Source: an uncultured delta proteobacterium (GTDB lineage Bacteria; Desulfobacterota; Binatia; UBA9968). Taken from it: a DNA stretch of 64,000 nucleotides. Of the stretch, positions 33,000 through 43,767 are shown piece by piece; within the stretch, counting starts at the first letter, position 1; the number at the start of each line of letters is the position of its first letter. The position numbers and the translations under genes are program-made. The notes beneath the pieces were generated by a model. That model saw only the letters and a list, made by a program, of their open reading frames with translations, was not told the DNA's origin and made no database searches. The stretch is taken from contig CAVWLW010000038.1 of assembly GCA_963755715.1 (NCBI GenBank), positions 1 through 64,000 of the forward strand. Direction: 5' to 3'.

Positions 33000-33730
33000 C
33001 TTGATCGTATTCCGCCAATGGCTATTTCAGGACAACCCGGCGCTGCCGCGCCGAATCCTCCCGAGAACGAAAACATTTTGAAAACAAAGGTGTTTTTTAA
33101 CTTTTGTCGATTCTAAAATCGGTTTGGCGGCGTGCCGGGCCAGCGCCGGCAAAGCTGGCAATTTGTCCGATGTTGCCAAAAAAGCAGGCATTTCGAACAA
33201 AGCTGGTATTTCATTCTGCCCGAAAATTGTCGACCTTTCCCTCAAAAATTGAACGGTGAATTCCTCCATGATGTCGGCGGATGGCTGGATGGGGCGGCAA
33301 AATGTGCCTATTCTCCAATCGCTCCCGCTCGCAGGAGGCGAATAGTTAAAAATCGAAAATGGAAACAGGTCGGCGCGGGTGAATTTACGAATGAAGTAAC
33401 TGAATAATCGGACAGGCGATTTCACAATAGGTCAAGTAAAGTTGTGTACGTAGGTGACAGTTTCGAGAGCCGATTTTCCGGAACTCGCGTTTGCAAAGCT
33501 ACGAACAGATACGATTTCGTTTCTTCGAATCAACCGTTGAAAAATGGCGTCGGTCCACGACCTTGCCACATCGAAAAGAGTTGGCGCGGTGAGGTGCATT
33601 TAATTTTCGGCGACCTTAGCATAAAGCGAGGGAGCAATGCACGAAAAAAATCACGCTTGCGGAAAAATTTCTATTGGCGAAAATGATGCGGTGAAAATCT
33701 GTCTGGCTTTGGATGGAGCTATTTCAACTG

Positions 33731-33916
33731 CTACTTGGCTGACCTGTCCGAATCTAGACACCTGGAACAGACAGTGCCACGGGCTTTGAGAAATGCCTTG
33801 AGGAAGTGTTTTGAGCACACCCGTCTGCGGCAAACAGAACAGATGCTTCCTGCAAACTCATCGAGCCTAGCTGCACAGATCAAGCACCTAATGGGCGCGA
33901 TTGAAATACTAATCAT
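33731..33916 (-). CDS. Small Cys/His-rich putative two-zinc finger protein (61 aa)
   Basis: CLIC-x11-CSVC-x4-CSKH-x12-CSRC; no clear RBS. Confidence 0.5.
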   Translation of the reverse strand: MISISIAPIRCLICAARLDEFAGSICSVCRRRVCSKHFLKAFLKARGTVCSRCLDSDRSAK

Positions 33917-33991
33917 TGTTAGTCTTGAAGATGCGAAGAGACTTATCCAGCAGTTGATGCCAAGGTCTTACCGTAAGCATCCCTTCTTCTT

Positions 33992-35035
33992 CTATTTTCC
34001 CCCGTAAACCTTCTCGAAGAACCCTTCGCTGTCGAGTTTTTTTAACCAACTGCTGTCGACGATCTCCTCGACTTTGACCGCCGCGGCTTTGGGGTTTTGT
34101 TCGGCGACATACTTGATCACGACCTTGAAACCTTCCAACGACGGATAGGGTTTGCGATCGAGCTCTTCCTGGGCTTCGAGATAAAAATCCTCTGCGGCGT
34201 CGAGGTTGGCCAGGCGCAGATTGCGCGCGAGCACTTCTTTGACCGCTTGTTTGTTCTCCTTCTTGAAAATATAGCCGTACGCTTCGATCGTTGCTCGGGT
34301 AAAACCGTCGATCACTTTTGGATTGGCCGCGGCATAGTCTTTCTTAACCGTGAGTCCGGTATTCTGATAGGGAATCTTCGCCTGCAGCATGTTGAGCAGC
34401 GGATAGTAGCCCTTGCCGACCATGACTTTCGTCGCGACACGCTGGAGCATGCCGGCGTCGATGGCCTTGGTTTCTAGCGCCACCATGCGATCCGGATCGA
34501 CACCGGTCTGAATGAGCACGATCTTGTCCCGCTTGAGATCGAGTTTAAGATGCTCAAGAGCGATCAAGGCCGAAATATGCGATGAGCCGCCGAAGCGCGC
34601 TGTCCCGATTCGCTTTCCCTTGAGGTCATCGGCGCGGCGCAGGTTCGGTTGCGTGACGACCGTAAATGGCGAAGTGTTGCTCAGACCGAGAAAAAAACTT
34701 ATCTTCTCGCCCGTCGCCGCAAGGTTGACCAGCGACGCCGGCGCGTTGGCAGTCATTTGCAATTCACCAGAGGCAAACATCTGGGCGACTAGCGAGCCGC
34801 TGTTGACCAGGATCAACTGCACGTCGAGGCCGTATTTTTCGTAGAATTTCTTATCCTTGCCGACGTATAGGGGCGCCATGTGCGGCGTCGGCGTCGACAG
34901 AGCGATGCGCACCTGCTGGAGCTTTTGCGCCTGCGCGGGTGGCGCGATGAGAAGACCTACAAAAAAAGTTAGCGACGCCAGAGCTGCCATTACCGTTTTC
35001 ACCAAGGAGACCTCCGGTCGAGTTTTAGTTGTCAT
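33992..35035 (-). CDS. ABC substrate-binding protein, NMT1/THI5/SsuA-like (orphan)
   Basis: Signal peptide ending AQA; KKFYEKYGLDVQL, DLKGKRIG, VDSSWLKKLDSEGF; start chosen at MTTKT. Confidence 0.85.
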   Translation of the reverse strand: MTTKTRPEVSLVKTVMAALASLTFFVGLLIAPPAQAQKLQQVRIALSTPTPHMAPLYVGKDKKFYEKYGLDVQLILVNSGSLVAQMFASGELQMTANAPASLVNLAATGEKISFFLGLSNTSPFTVVTQPNLRRADDLKGKRIGTARFGGSSHISALIALEHLKLDLKRDKIVLIQTGVDPDRMVALETKAIDAGMLQRVATKVMVGKGYYPLLNMLQAKIPYQNTGLTVKKDYAAANPKVIDGFTRATIEAYGYIFKKENKQAVKEVLARNLRLANLDAAEDFYLEAQEELDRKPYPSLEGFKVVIKYVAEQNPKAAAVKVEEIVDSSWLKKLDSEGFFEKVYGGK

Positions 35036-35090
35036 GCGTGAGCTTGAGAAGTCTACCCGATACCAAGATACCGACGCAATCGAGTCGGGT

Positions 35091-38000
35091 TTAGGCGACA
35101 CCCTTGCGCATCGGCCACTGTCTAAGAACCAAATCCGCAAGGAACAAAATTAATCCGACGCTAGCCAGCGGCCACCAGATGTCGCGCCCCTGGGTAGCTT
35201 TTCCCGGCGTTGGTTTGTAAAGACGCTCCAGTCCGCCTTGAAATTTCTCCGGGTCGATCATTTCACCGCCGGTTTCCTCCGCCAGACGGCTGAGCAGAGA
35301 CAGATTAGGTTTGAGTTCACGATACTCTCGCGGATAGGGCGCAATGTAGGGAACCGTCGCCACGGGGATTGGCGCATCGGCGCCGTTGCCCTCGGCGTAA
35401 ATTGTCACGAAATGAATGCCGCGCGCCACGGCGGTGAACTTTCCTTCATAGCGACCTGGGGCGGTCTGCTGAAAGCTTTGTTCCTGGCTGGCCTGATTGG
35501 GCGCGGAGATGTTGGCTTTGAGCTTTAGAAAATTTAAAAACTTGCCATCGCGTGAAACCACATCGGTCATGACTTTGATCGAATCGCCATCGGGAGAAAA
35601 GTCCGTGCGCACCTTGGTTTCGAGAACCTTGCGCATCGTGTCACGCGCGACTTGACTGGCCCATTGGGGGAAACCTTGCCAAGCAACCCAATCTCTGCCC
35701 CATCGTCCGCTGAGATCGGAAGTAAACGCCGTCACCCGGCCGACGCCGTAGCGCCAAGCGACGAGCAACGGGTCCTGGTCAGCGCGCATCAACAACTCGG
35801 TGCGCGGCTTCGGATAGGTGAGTACGTAACCGCGCAGCGCCGGCAGATTATTTTGGGGCAAGCCCTTGAGCGGACCGCTCGGCGTCACGATGCTCGGCGT
35901 TACCGGTTTTTCGATTAACAGATCGCGCGAAATGAGCAGCGTTTCGGTGGTAAAGATTTGCGGAATCGTCTCGGGATCGAGGGCAACGTAACCGCGCCCT
36001 TTGCCGTCTTTGGCGATGTCCGCCATGAGCTGCACATCGGCGTCATTGCCAACCGAGACGGTCGAGACCGTGATGCCGTCGCGCGCCATCTTGGCGACCA
36101 GCGAATGGAAATCCGCCTTGTCGGTTAGCCCGTCCGACAGCACGATGACATGTTTGATCGCCGCCTGCTTGGCGGCGATGCCGCGATGCGCTTCGAGCAT
36201 CGCTTTGTAAAGATCGGTGCCGCCGTCGGATTGCAACGATGAGAGCCGTTCGGAAATCCACTCGCCCTTGCCGACTTGCCGGAACGGCAAAGCCCAATCC
36301 CAAGCGGCGTCGAAAGCAAGGATGCCGACCTGATCCGTCGGGTTCATGATATCGGCGGCAGCGATCGCGGCGGCTTTGGCGAGATCGAGCTTAGTGCTGC
36401 CTTCGGCGCCCGCGCCCATGCTGCCGGATTTATCGAGCACGAAAAGCAGCGCCACATGAGGCATCTCGAGCCGCGCCGGCGGGCGCATATCGACGGGAAG
36501 AATGCGCTCGAGCGGCGTGCGGAAATAGCCGCCGGCGCCGTAACTCTGGGAGCCGCCGATGACCAGCAGACCGCCGCCCAAGTCGCGCACATATTTTTCG
36601 ATGGTCTCCATCTTCGCGTGGGACAGTTGAAAGGCCGGCACGTTATCGAGCACCAAAAGATCGTAAGCCGAGAGCTCGGAGAGCGTCAGCGGATGCGCCC
36701 CGGGCAGCGATTCGATAACCGTGTAGCCCTGCACCTGCAATACTTTGGCGATCACGCGCTGACTTTCCGGTTGCGCCGAGAGTAAAAGCACGCGCGGCGG
36801 TCCCTTTACCGCCACCACGCCTTGGAGCAAATTGTTTTCCGCTAAGGTGTCATCCGGCGACTCGACCAAAAGCTCGTAGGAATGCTGGCCGCGCTCTGTC
36901 AAACTATCGCGGAACGCCACCGAGTTACTGCCCGCCTTCAAGCGCAACTCCCGCTCCGCGTGTAGTTGGCCGTCACGCAGCAAACGAATCCGCGCCGGCG
37001 CTTCGCGCAGGCTCTCGATCACCCCGTGGATTTCAAATCCTTCGGCGCTGTCGACTTGCCGCGGCAAGGTCAGATCGCTTAAATAAATTTCATTGCGACC
37101 GCGCGATAAGCCGACCGGCAGCGTCCATACTTCCACACCCTGGGCGCGCAAGAGCGGCATCACGCGCGCGCTTTCACCGCGATTTTCGTTGCCATCGGAA
37201 AGCAGCAGGATCTTCCCTTGACGCCCCTCGCCGACCTGAGCCGCCGCGGCTTGCAGCGCGGCTTGAATGTCGGTCTGGTCGCGATCCAAGCGCGCGCCGA
37301 AGTCGCTTGCCGGCATCTGCTCACGCGGCAACGACTCCCACTCCGGCGCGCGGCCAAAGGTCAATAATCCAGTGCGCGTGTTCGGGGTCTTCAAGCGGCC
37401 GGCCGCAGCGAGAATCTCGAGCGCCTTCTCGCGCCCCTCCTGGCCCACGCTACGCGACAGATCGACGCCCAGGATCACATCGAGCGCGGTGGTCGCGCTG
37501 AAGATACGCGGGTTGAACAGAGCAAGGGCCAAGGCCGCGAAGGCCGTGGCGCGGAGCGCCATCGAATAGATCGTCAAGCCCTGGCGCAACGCCAAGAGAA
37601 GCTCGATCGCGAGCACCGCCAGCACCACGCCTAGCAGCACGGGCCAGAGGGAGAATCCGCTTTCAGTTGTCGCGGCTGCTTCGCTGCTGTTCTGCGCCGC
37701 CGTGCGCAAGCTTGCCCGCGGCCGGATTTGCGACTCTTCCTCGTCGAATAAATTGACCGCGAAGCGGCCGGCACGACCGGCGCTGCTGAACGTGTAAAAA
37801 CCGCTCTGAAAAGTATCGGCCGAATGCGAGCGGGCTGGTCGCGCCGCTAAAAATTTCTCGTTTGCCGTCGGGTAAACTAACTTCCAGGTTGGCGTCGCCC
37901 GGCGGCAAACGCAACGCGATCGGCGTGCCGGCCTGGGTCGATTGACCGGGAAATTCGAGCCGCTGCGGCTGAAACCATTCGAGCGCATTGTGAAAAAGCA

Positions 38001-39423
38001 CCGGAAAAGCGACGCGCAACGGCAGATCGGAGGCCATCAGGTCAAACCCGATAAAGAGCAGCCGGAGCTTGCCCTTGTCCAAAACGTAGAGGAGCGGGCT
38101 TTGCTCGGCGCGGGCCAAAACCGTGCCTTCGCTGGGCACGCCGACACGCAGCGCTTCATCGACTCGAAGATCGCCGAGGTTCAAGCCTTCGGTCAACGGA
38201 TGCTTCGTCACCGGTGCGGCTACACGTGGGTTGTGAATTTTGCCTTCGAGCTTGAGCGGCAGATTCGGCGCGACGGTGTCGATCAAGATAAAGTTGCCTT
38301 CTTTTAGCGCCGGCACCGCGACCCGATCGAAGATCACGAGATCAAAGGGCGGCGCCGCTCGCACGGCCTCGCGATCCCATTGCGCCGCGCGGGTCAACTG
38401 AACGTTGGTAAAAAAGCGCAGGAGTTGATTCAAATAATGGTTTCCCGGACCGACGTAAAGAATGCGCACCGGCGGTAAATCAGTGAGCGCCAAGTAAGCT
38501 TGATTGTCGGTGCTGAAATCATCGTCGATCTCCAAGCGCGCGATCAGCGTGCCGTTCAGGCTGCCGTCATAGGGATAAATCAGCACGCGCCGATCATCGG
38601 CGTCGATTTCAATGTCCTGGCGCAGCAAAATTTTGTCGTTTGCCGTCAAGACGAGCGGCACGCGCACCGCTTTATCGGTGAAGTTTCTGACGTGCACCAT
38701 AATTTCCGCCGGGCCCGGCTGCTCGGCATGGCGCCGCACCTCGAAACCGACGATGGCGACGTTGTCTTTACCGCCGCCGACGCTGACGAAGCGGTAGTGC
38801 GCCGCGGCCTTGGTGAACTCCTCGGCGCCGGTAAAGGCGCCATCGCTGATCGCCACGATGCGATCCGCGCTGGCGCGCTTGAGAAAGGCATGCGCGAAGA
38901 GAATTGCGTCTTTGACCCGGCCGGGTGCGTCGGTCGCGTGCAGGTCGCGCGCCAGTTCTCTTAGCTTGCGCTTATCGGCAGTGAAGGGTGCGAGCAATCT
39001 CGGCTGCGGGCCGGCGCCGATGACCATCATTTTTCGCGCCGCCGGCAGCTCGTCGACGAGCGCGAGAAACTCCCGCCGCGCCTGATCGAAGCGCGAACCG
39101 TTTTTGCCTTTGGCCTTCATGCTCGCGCTCAAGTCGACGACCACGATCCTATCGCCGGCCGTCGAGCCGAAGTTACGCAAGTACGGATCGGCGAGCGCGG
39201 CGATCATGGCGAGCGCGGCGAGGATCTGTAAGATCAGCAAAAGATTATTCCGCAAGAGCCAGCCCAGCCGCGTGCCGAGCGGGCGTTCTTTCAGGATGCG
39301 CTCCCAGAGGAACAGCGTCGTCGTACCGACCTTAAGTCCTCTGGGCTTCAGGCTATGCAGGAAAAGGATGAGCGGGATCACCCCGGCGAGGAGCAAAAGC
39401 GCGGATGGAAGGCGCCACAACAT
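35091..39423 (-). CDS. Large membrane VWA protein (BatA-like N-terminus, VWA, TM, VWA, GATase-like, VWA); one apparent frameshift near 37820; ~1443 aa when corrected
   Basis: MIDAS motifs DLSASM, DLSRSV, DKSGSM; GGGLLVIGG..SYGAGGY..LPV GATase1-like segment; the two ORFs join if one G in TTC-G-GCC is removed. Confidence 0.8.
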
Positions 39424-39426
39424 AAC

Positions 39427-40503
39427 TCACGCAACGCTGCTCACCCGGCGCAGCGTCTGCAAGACAAATTCGTCGAACGGCACCTGCGTCGTCGTGCGCA
39501 GGTAATCGATGCGGCGGCTCGCGCACACGGCTTCGATCTCTTTGAAATAGCGGTCCAATTCCGCTTGAAAGCGGCGCACCAGATCGACGTCGAGAAAAAA
39601 TTTGCGCTCGCGACCGCCTTCCACGTCGACCAAGGCGATATCGCCCCAAGGTTTCGGCCGCGTTTCTTGCTCGTCGACAATGTGGATCACCAGCAACTGG
39701 TAGCGTTTTGCGGTCAATTCCTCCAAGGCCGCGCGCCAACCGGCGGGATCGAACAGGTCGCTAATCACCACCACGAAACCGGGATGAGGAAAAAGATTTG
39801 TGAACGAATGGATCGCCGCGCGCAAGTTGGTCTCGCCGGCGCAGGAAAGTTTGCCGAGGAAGCGAAATAAGCTGAGCACCTGCTTCCTGCCGCGCCCAAG
39901 AGTGAGCGGCGCTTGCAGGCGGGTCGAAAACGACGCACCGCCAAGCCGATCGAGATTCTTCAGACCGATGTAGCCCAGAGCCGCGGCGACTTTTTTGGCG
40001 TAATCGAGCTTCGCCGGCGCGCCTTCGGCCATCGACCGACTGGTGTCGATCAACAGGTAAATATTCATCTCTTCCTCGGCGGTAAACACTTTCAAGAGCA
40101 GCCGCTCGAGGCGCCGGTAGATATTCCAGTCGACGTAACGCAGATCGTCGCCGTGCTGATAGCGGCGGTAATCGGAAAATTCCAGGCTAAAACCTTTGCG
40201 CGAGGCGGCATGCTCGCCCTTGGCGCCGGCCCAGCTCAGCCGCTTGGCGACCAGATGAAGCCGTTCGAGCTTGCGCAGGAATTCGGTGTCGAAAAAAGTT
40301 TCAGGTTTCGGGTCTCGGGTTTCGGCTTGACGGCCCGCAAATGGTTCAGATAAATTTTTACTGCTGCCGACGTGATACCCATCCGATTGGTCATTCCGAG
40401 CAAAGCGAGGGATCTTGCTTCCGGCGGCGCGAAGCCGTGCAACAACTTCAGCGAACCATCCTCGTCTAAATTCGAAATTCGAAACCCGAAACTCTAAACT
40501 CAT
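39427..40503 (-). CDS. DUF58 (MoxR-associated VWA-like) protein with repeat-derived N-terminal extension
   Basis: EFSDYRRYQHGDDLRYVDWN, DTSRSM, VVISDLF. Confidence 0.9.
   Translation of the reverse strand: MSLEFRVSNFEFRRGWFAEVVARLRAAGSKIPRFARNDQSDGYHVGSSKNLSEPFAGRQAETRDPKPETFFDTEFLRKLERLHLVAKRLSWAGAKGEHAASRKGFSLEFSDYRRYQHGDDLRYVDWNIYRRLERLLLKVFTAEEEMNIYLLIDTSRSMAEGAPAKLDYAKKVAAALGYIGLKNLDRLGGASFSTRLQAPLTLGRGRKQVLSLFRFLGKLSCAGETNLRAAIHSFTNLFPHPGFVVVISDLFDPAGWRAALEELTAKRYQLLVIHIVDEQETRPKPWGDIALVDVEGGRERKFFLDVDLVRRFQAELDRYFKEIEAVCASRRIDYLRTTTQVPFDEFVLQTLRRVSSVA
40297..40500. repeat. Inverted heptamer arrays enclosing a GTCATTCCGAG-type palindromic repeat half
   Basis: agtttca-ggtttcg-ggtctcg-ggtttcg (40297-40324); ctaaatt-cgaaatt-cgaaacc-cgaaact-ctaaact (40466-40500); gtcattccgagcaaagcgagggatct (40390-40415). 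Confidence 0.8.
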
Positions 40504-40509
40504 CGTATT

Positions 40510-41517
40510 CTATTCCACTTCCGGGACTTGCTCCGCCACTTCGCTCAAGATTTTCTCCGCGTTGACGCCTTCGGCGTCGGCTTCGAGGTTGAGAATCAAG
40601 CGGTGACGCAGGCTCGGCAGCAACAGGCTGCGAATATCGTCGAAAGAAACATTGGGCCGGCCGGCTAGCAGCGCGCGCCCTTTCGCCGCCAGAATCAAGC
40701 TCTGCAAACCGCGCGGGCTCGAGCCGTACATGACGAAGCGCTGTGCTAAGCCACCCGAACCGTTCGCTTGTTTTTGTTGCGGGTGGGTGCTCAACACCAA
40801 GCGCACCGCGTAATCTTTCACGACATCCGCGAGCGGAACTTCTCTCACCCACTGGCGCATTTGCAGGATTCCTGCCGCGTCCAAAACCTCGCGCAGCGCC
40901 GACGGCGGCGCCGCCGTGGTCAAATCGGCGATCCGCGCCAGCTCTGCGCGGCTCGGGAACTGCAGCAGCAATTTGAAAAAAAATCGATCCACCTGCGCCT
41001 CGGGCAAAGGATAGGTGCCTTCCATTTCGATGGGGTTTTGCGTCGCCAGCACCATGAAAGGATTTTCCAAGCGATGCATCTTGCCGCCGACGGTGACGCT
41101 CTGTTCCTGCATCGCTTCCAATAACGCCGACTGGGTTTTCGGCGTGGCGCGATTGATTTCATCGGCGAGAACGATGTGGGCAAAGAGCGGCCCGCGCTGG
41201 AACTCGAATATCTTGCGCCCCGAGGGATCGTCGGTGAGCATATTCGTGCCGGTGATGTCGGCCGGCATGAGATCGGGCGTGAACTGAATGCGCGAAAAGC
41301 TCAAGCTCAACGTTTCGCCCAAGCTCCGCACCATCAAAGTTTTGCCCAAGCCCGGCACGCCTTCGAGCAGGCAGTGGCCGCCGCAAACCAGCGCAATAAA
41401 CACTTGCTCGACCAATTCTTCATGGCCGACGATCATCCGAGCCATCTCGGCGCGCAGCCCGTCGAAGGTCCGCCGCGCGTTGACGATACGTTGTTCGATT
41501 TCCTCTACGGATTGCAT
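40510..41517 (-). CDS. moxR: MoxR family AAA+ ATPase
   Basis: GVPGLGKT, RIQFTPDLMPADITG, LADEINRATPKTQSALLEAMQE, ATQNPIEMEGTYPLPEAQ; AGGAG RBS. Confidence 0.95.
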   Translation of the reverse strand: MQSVEEIEQRIVNARRTFDGLRAEMARMIVGHEELVEQVFIALVCGGHCLLEGVPGLGKTLMVRSLGETLSLSFSRIQFTPDLMPADITGTNMLTDDPSGRKIFEFQRGPLFAHIVLADEINRATPKTQSALLEAMQEQSVTVGGKMHRLENPFMVLATQNPIEMEGTYPLPEAQVDRFFFKLLLQFPSRAELARIADLTTAAPPSALREVLDAAGILQMRQWVREVPLADVVKDYAVRLVLSTHPQQKQANGSGGLAQRFVMYGSSPRGLQSLILAAKGRALLAGRPNVSFDDIRSLLLPSLRHRLILNLEADAEGVNAEKILSEVAEQVPEVE

Positions 41518-41539
41518 GACGCGACTCCTGATCACTTAA

Positions 41540-41604
41540 CAGTTTTCAGTTGCCAGCTAGCAGGAAAAAATCAGATCCTTGCCGACGACTGACAACTGCT
41601 CACT
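41540..41604. repeat. Inverted degenerate heptamer arrays
   Basis: cagtttt-cagttgc-cagctag-cag (41540-41563) and ccgacga-ctgacaa-ctgctca (41582-41602). Confidence 0.6.
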
Positions 41605-43012
41605 TACTTTTCACTTCCCCTAACGAGAGAAAATAATTTCTAATCGTTTCTTTGAGCGCATCCGGCACGCGCTCGGAATTGAGCTCCTGCTCGGCCTGGC
41701 GACGATAGGAAGCGGTGATTTCCGCTGGCGGAACTACGCTTTTTCCCGGCGTCGGTTTGCCTTTGAAATCGAGCGCGCTGCTTTCGCCCGCGCCGAGCAA
41801 GCCTTTGGCTTGAGTCGACGCACCCGGACGAAACTCCGGCAGCGAGCGCGAGTCTTGATCTTGTTTTCCCGGTTCTTTGCCCGGCAAGCTGCTGGGATTT
41901 TTTTCCCGAGCGCCTTCGGCGCTTGGATCTTGCTCGCCCGGAGCGCCGCTGCGCGCGTAATTTTCGTCCTTCGCGCCTTGACCCTGTTTCATCAGCTGTT
42001 CGAGATATTGCTGCGCATCGATCAAAGAACGCCGGTCCAACTCGCCGGTAACCTGCTGCTCCAATCTGTCGAGAAAAGATTTTAGCTCTTTCTGACCGAG
42101 GCTTTGGCCGCCGCGCTCGGCATTTTCGAATTGGCGCTTGAGTTGAGGCATAGCCGCCAGCCGCTCCATCCAGCGCTGACCCGTCTCCTGATTTGCCTGC
42201 GCCGGCTCGGGCAACTGCAGCATGTCGCGCGTTGCCTCGATCTCGGCTTTCAAATCCTTGAGGCTTTGCTCGCTTTCGCCGTTCGAGAAAGAATTTTTCT
42301 CCGCGCTGGATTGAGCCGCGGCGGCGAATTTCCCAGCAGCGCCGGCCAATTCTTTTTTTACCGATTCGTCGGCGCTTTTTGCCTCGATATTTTTTTGCGC
42401 GGTTTTTTCAAGCTCTCGGCCCAAATTGAGCGTCTCGCGCAGTCCTTCATTTTTTGCTTTTTCTTGCAGCTCGCGGGAATATTCACGGAGCCTGTGCGCC
42501 AGCGTCGGCGGCCCGCCATAGCGCGCCTGTTCATCGCCGCGGTCGAAATCGAACCACAAAAGCATGAACCAGAGCGCCAGCAAAGGCAGGGCGGCGTAGG
42601 CCGGCCAACTCCAGCGGCGCGGCGAAACCGCGCGCGGCTCAAGGGCACGGAGCTTTTCTTCGGCTTGGTGCAAGACCAGCAGCGCCGCGCCCTGAGTTTC
42701 CTTACGCGTCGACAATTCCCAGGCGGTGACGGCGCGTTCCTCGAGGCCGAGCGTTTTGTCCAGTTTGACCAAAGCCCGTGCCGAATCGCCGAGGCGCCAG
42801 CGCGCGCGGTGGAGAAACCACGGCGCCAGCGAGAAAAATAACGCCGCGGGGGCGAGCCAGCGCAGCCAAGGATTGGGCAGATAGATGTCGAAGGGCGATA
42901 AAATGATCGCCAGCGCCGCCGCGTAGCAACTTACGCTGATCAAAGTCTGCTCACGCCGTTTGCGCCGCTCCCAGCTTAGCAGTCCGGCAAATTTGGCTTC
43001 GAGATTGTCCAT
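41600..43012 (-). CDS. Hypothetical membrane-anchored coiled-coil protein of the MoxR cluster
   Basis: N-terminal TM segments, LEERAVTAWE, long charged helical region, C-terminal VP..LKETIRNYF. Confidence 0.8.
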   Translation of the reverse strand: MDNLEAKFAGLLSWERRKRREQTLISVSCYAAALAIILSPFDIYLPNPWLRWLAPAALFFSLAPWFLHRARWRLGDSARALVKLDKTLGLEERAVTAWELSTRKETQGAALLVLHQAEEKLRALEPRAVSPRRWSWPAYAALPLLALWFMLLWFDFDRGDEQARYGGPPTLAHRLREYSRELQEKAKNEGLRETLNLGRELEKTAQKNIEAKSADESVKKELAGAAGKFAAAAQSSAEKNSFSNGESEQSLKDLKAEIEATRDMLQLPEPAQANQETGQRWMERLAAMPQLKRQFENAERGGQSLGQKELKSFLDRLEQQVTGELDRRSLIDAQQYLEQLMKQGQGAKDENYARSGAPGEQDPSAEGAREKNPSSLPGKEPGKQDQDSRSLPEFRPGASTQAKGLLGAGESSALDFKGKPTPGKSVVPPAEITASYRRQAEQELNSERVPDALKETIRNYFLSLGEVKSK

Positions 43013-43020
43013 TGCTCCGC

Positions 43021-43767
43021 TCAAAATCCCGGCGCCCGCCTAAGCGCCCAGCGATACACCGAGTAGCCGGCGGCGCCGAGCAAGATATGAAAACTCAAAT
43101 GGCTAAAAGTTCCCGACCACTGAATGCCGAATAGCGCCAGCGGCGCCAGCTCCTGGCGGCTCAGAGTAGCGAGCAGAAACGCGATCGGGTTTAACGGCAA
43201 GTAGAACAGCGCCGAGAGAATTACCAAAGCCGTAAATAAGCAACGAATGAAAACCTGGCGGTTTTCCAGACGGCGCTCCCAGAGCGCCAGCGTCGCCAAC
43301 CCCCAGACGCCGTAAATTAGCGCGTAACCCGGCAGGAGCAAAAAAGTGAGCGTGATGCTCGATAGCGGCGTGCGCGCGATCGCCCCGGCCCAGACCAACA
43401 ACGGCCCGCAAAGCAGCAGGGACAGACCGATATGAACGCAAAGAAACCCGAGCTGAGCGCGTCTGATCATCGCCGCGGGCAGACCTTCGTCGCGCAGCCA
43501 AGTCTTGAGCGATTTGAAACGCCAGGGCGCGAACTCTTGATTGGCCACGCGCAGCGAAAAATAAACCACCAGCACCAAAGTCGTCACCGCCGTCACTTTG
43601 AACAGGCTCGCCGAACCGCTCCACATCTGCGCGTCCAAGGACGGTATGTACAAAGACAGAAACTCCACCGGTGCAAGAATAATCAAAAGATAAAAATAAA
43701 CGGCAAAGCCGTGCCCTTCGGCGAAATAAATTTCCATGCTTTCGCGCCACACGGGATTTTCGCTCAT
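43021..43767 (-). CDS. Hypothetical multi-pass membrane protein (ABC-2 permease-like size)
   Basis: About six hydrophobic segments; ATGA overlap with the upstream gene. Confidence 0.75.
   Translation of the reverse strand: MSENPVWRESMEIYFAEGHGFAVYFYLLIILAPVEFLSLYIPSLDAQMWSGSASLFKVTAVTTLVLVVYFSLRVANQEFAPWRFKSLKTWLRDEGLPAAMIRRAQLGFLCVHIGLSLLLCGPLLVWAGAIARTPLSSITLTFLLLPGYALIYGVWGLATLALWERRLENRQVFIRCLFTALVILSALFYLPLNPIAFLLATLSRQELAPLALFGIQWSGTFSHLSFHILLGAAGYSVYRWALRRAPGF

Noticed and set aside
33027-33686. ORFs of 80-132 aa in the intergenic region
   Set aside because: No motifs, atypical composition, mutually overlapping; probably spurious
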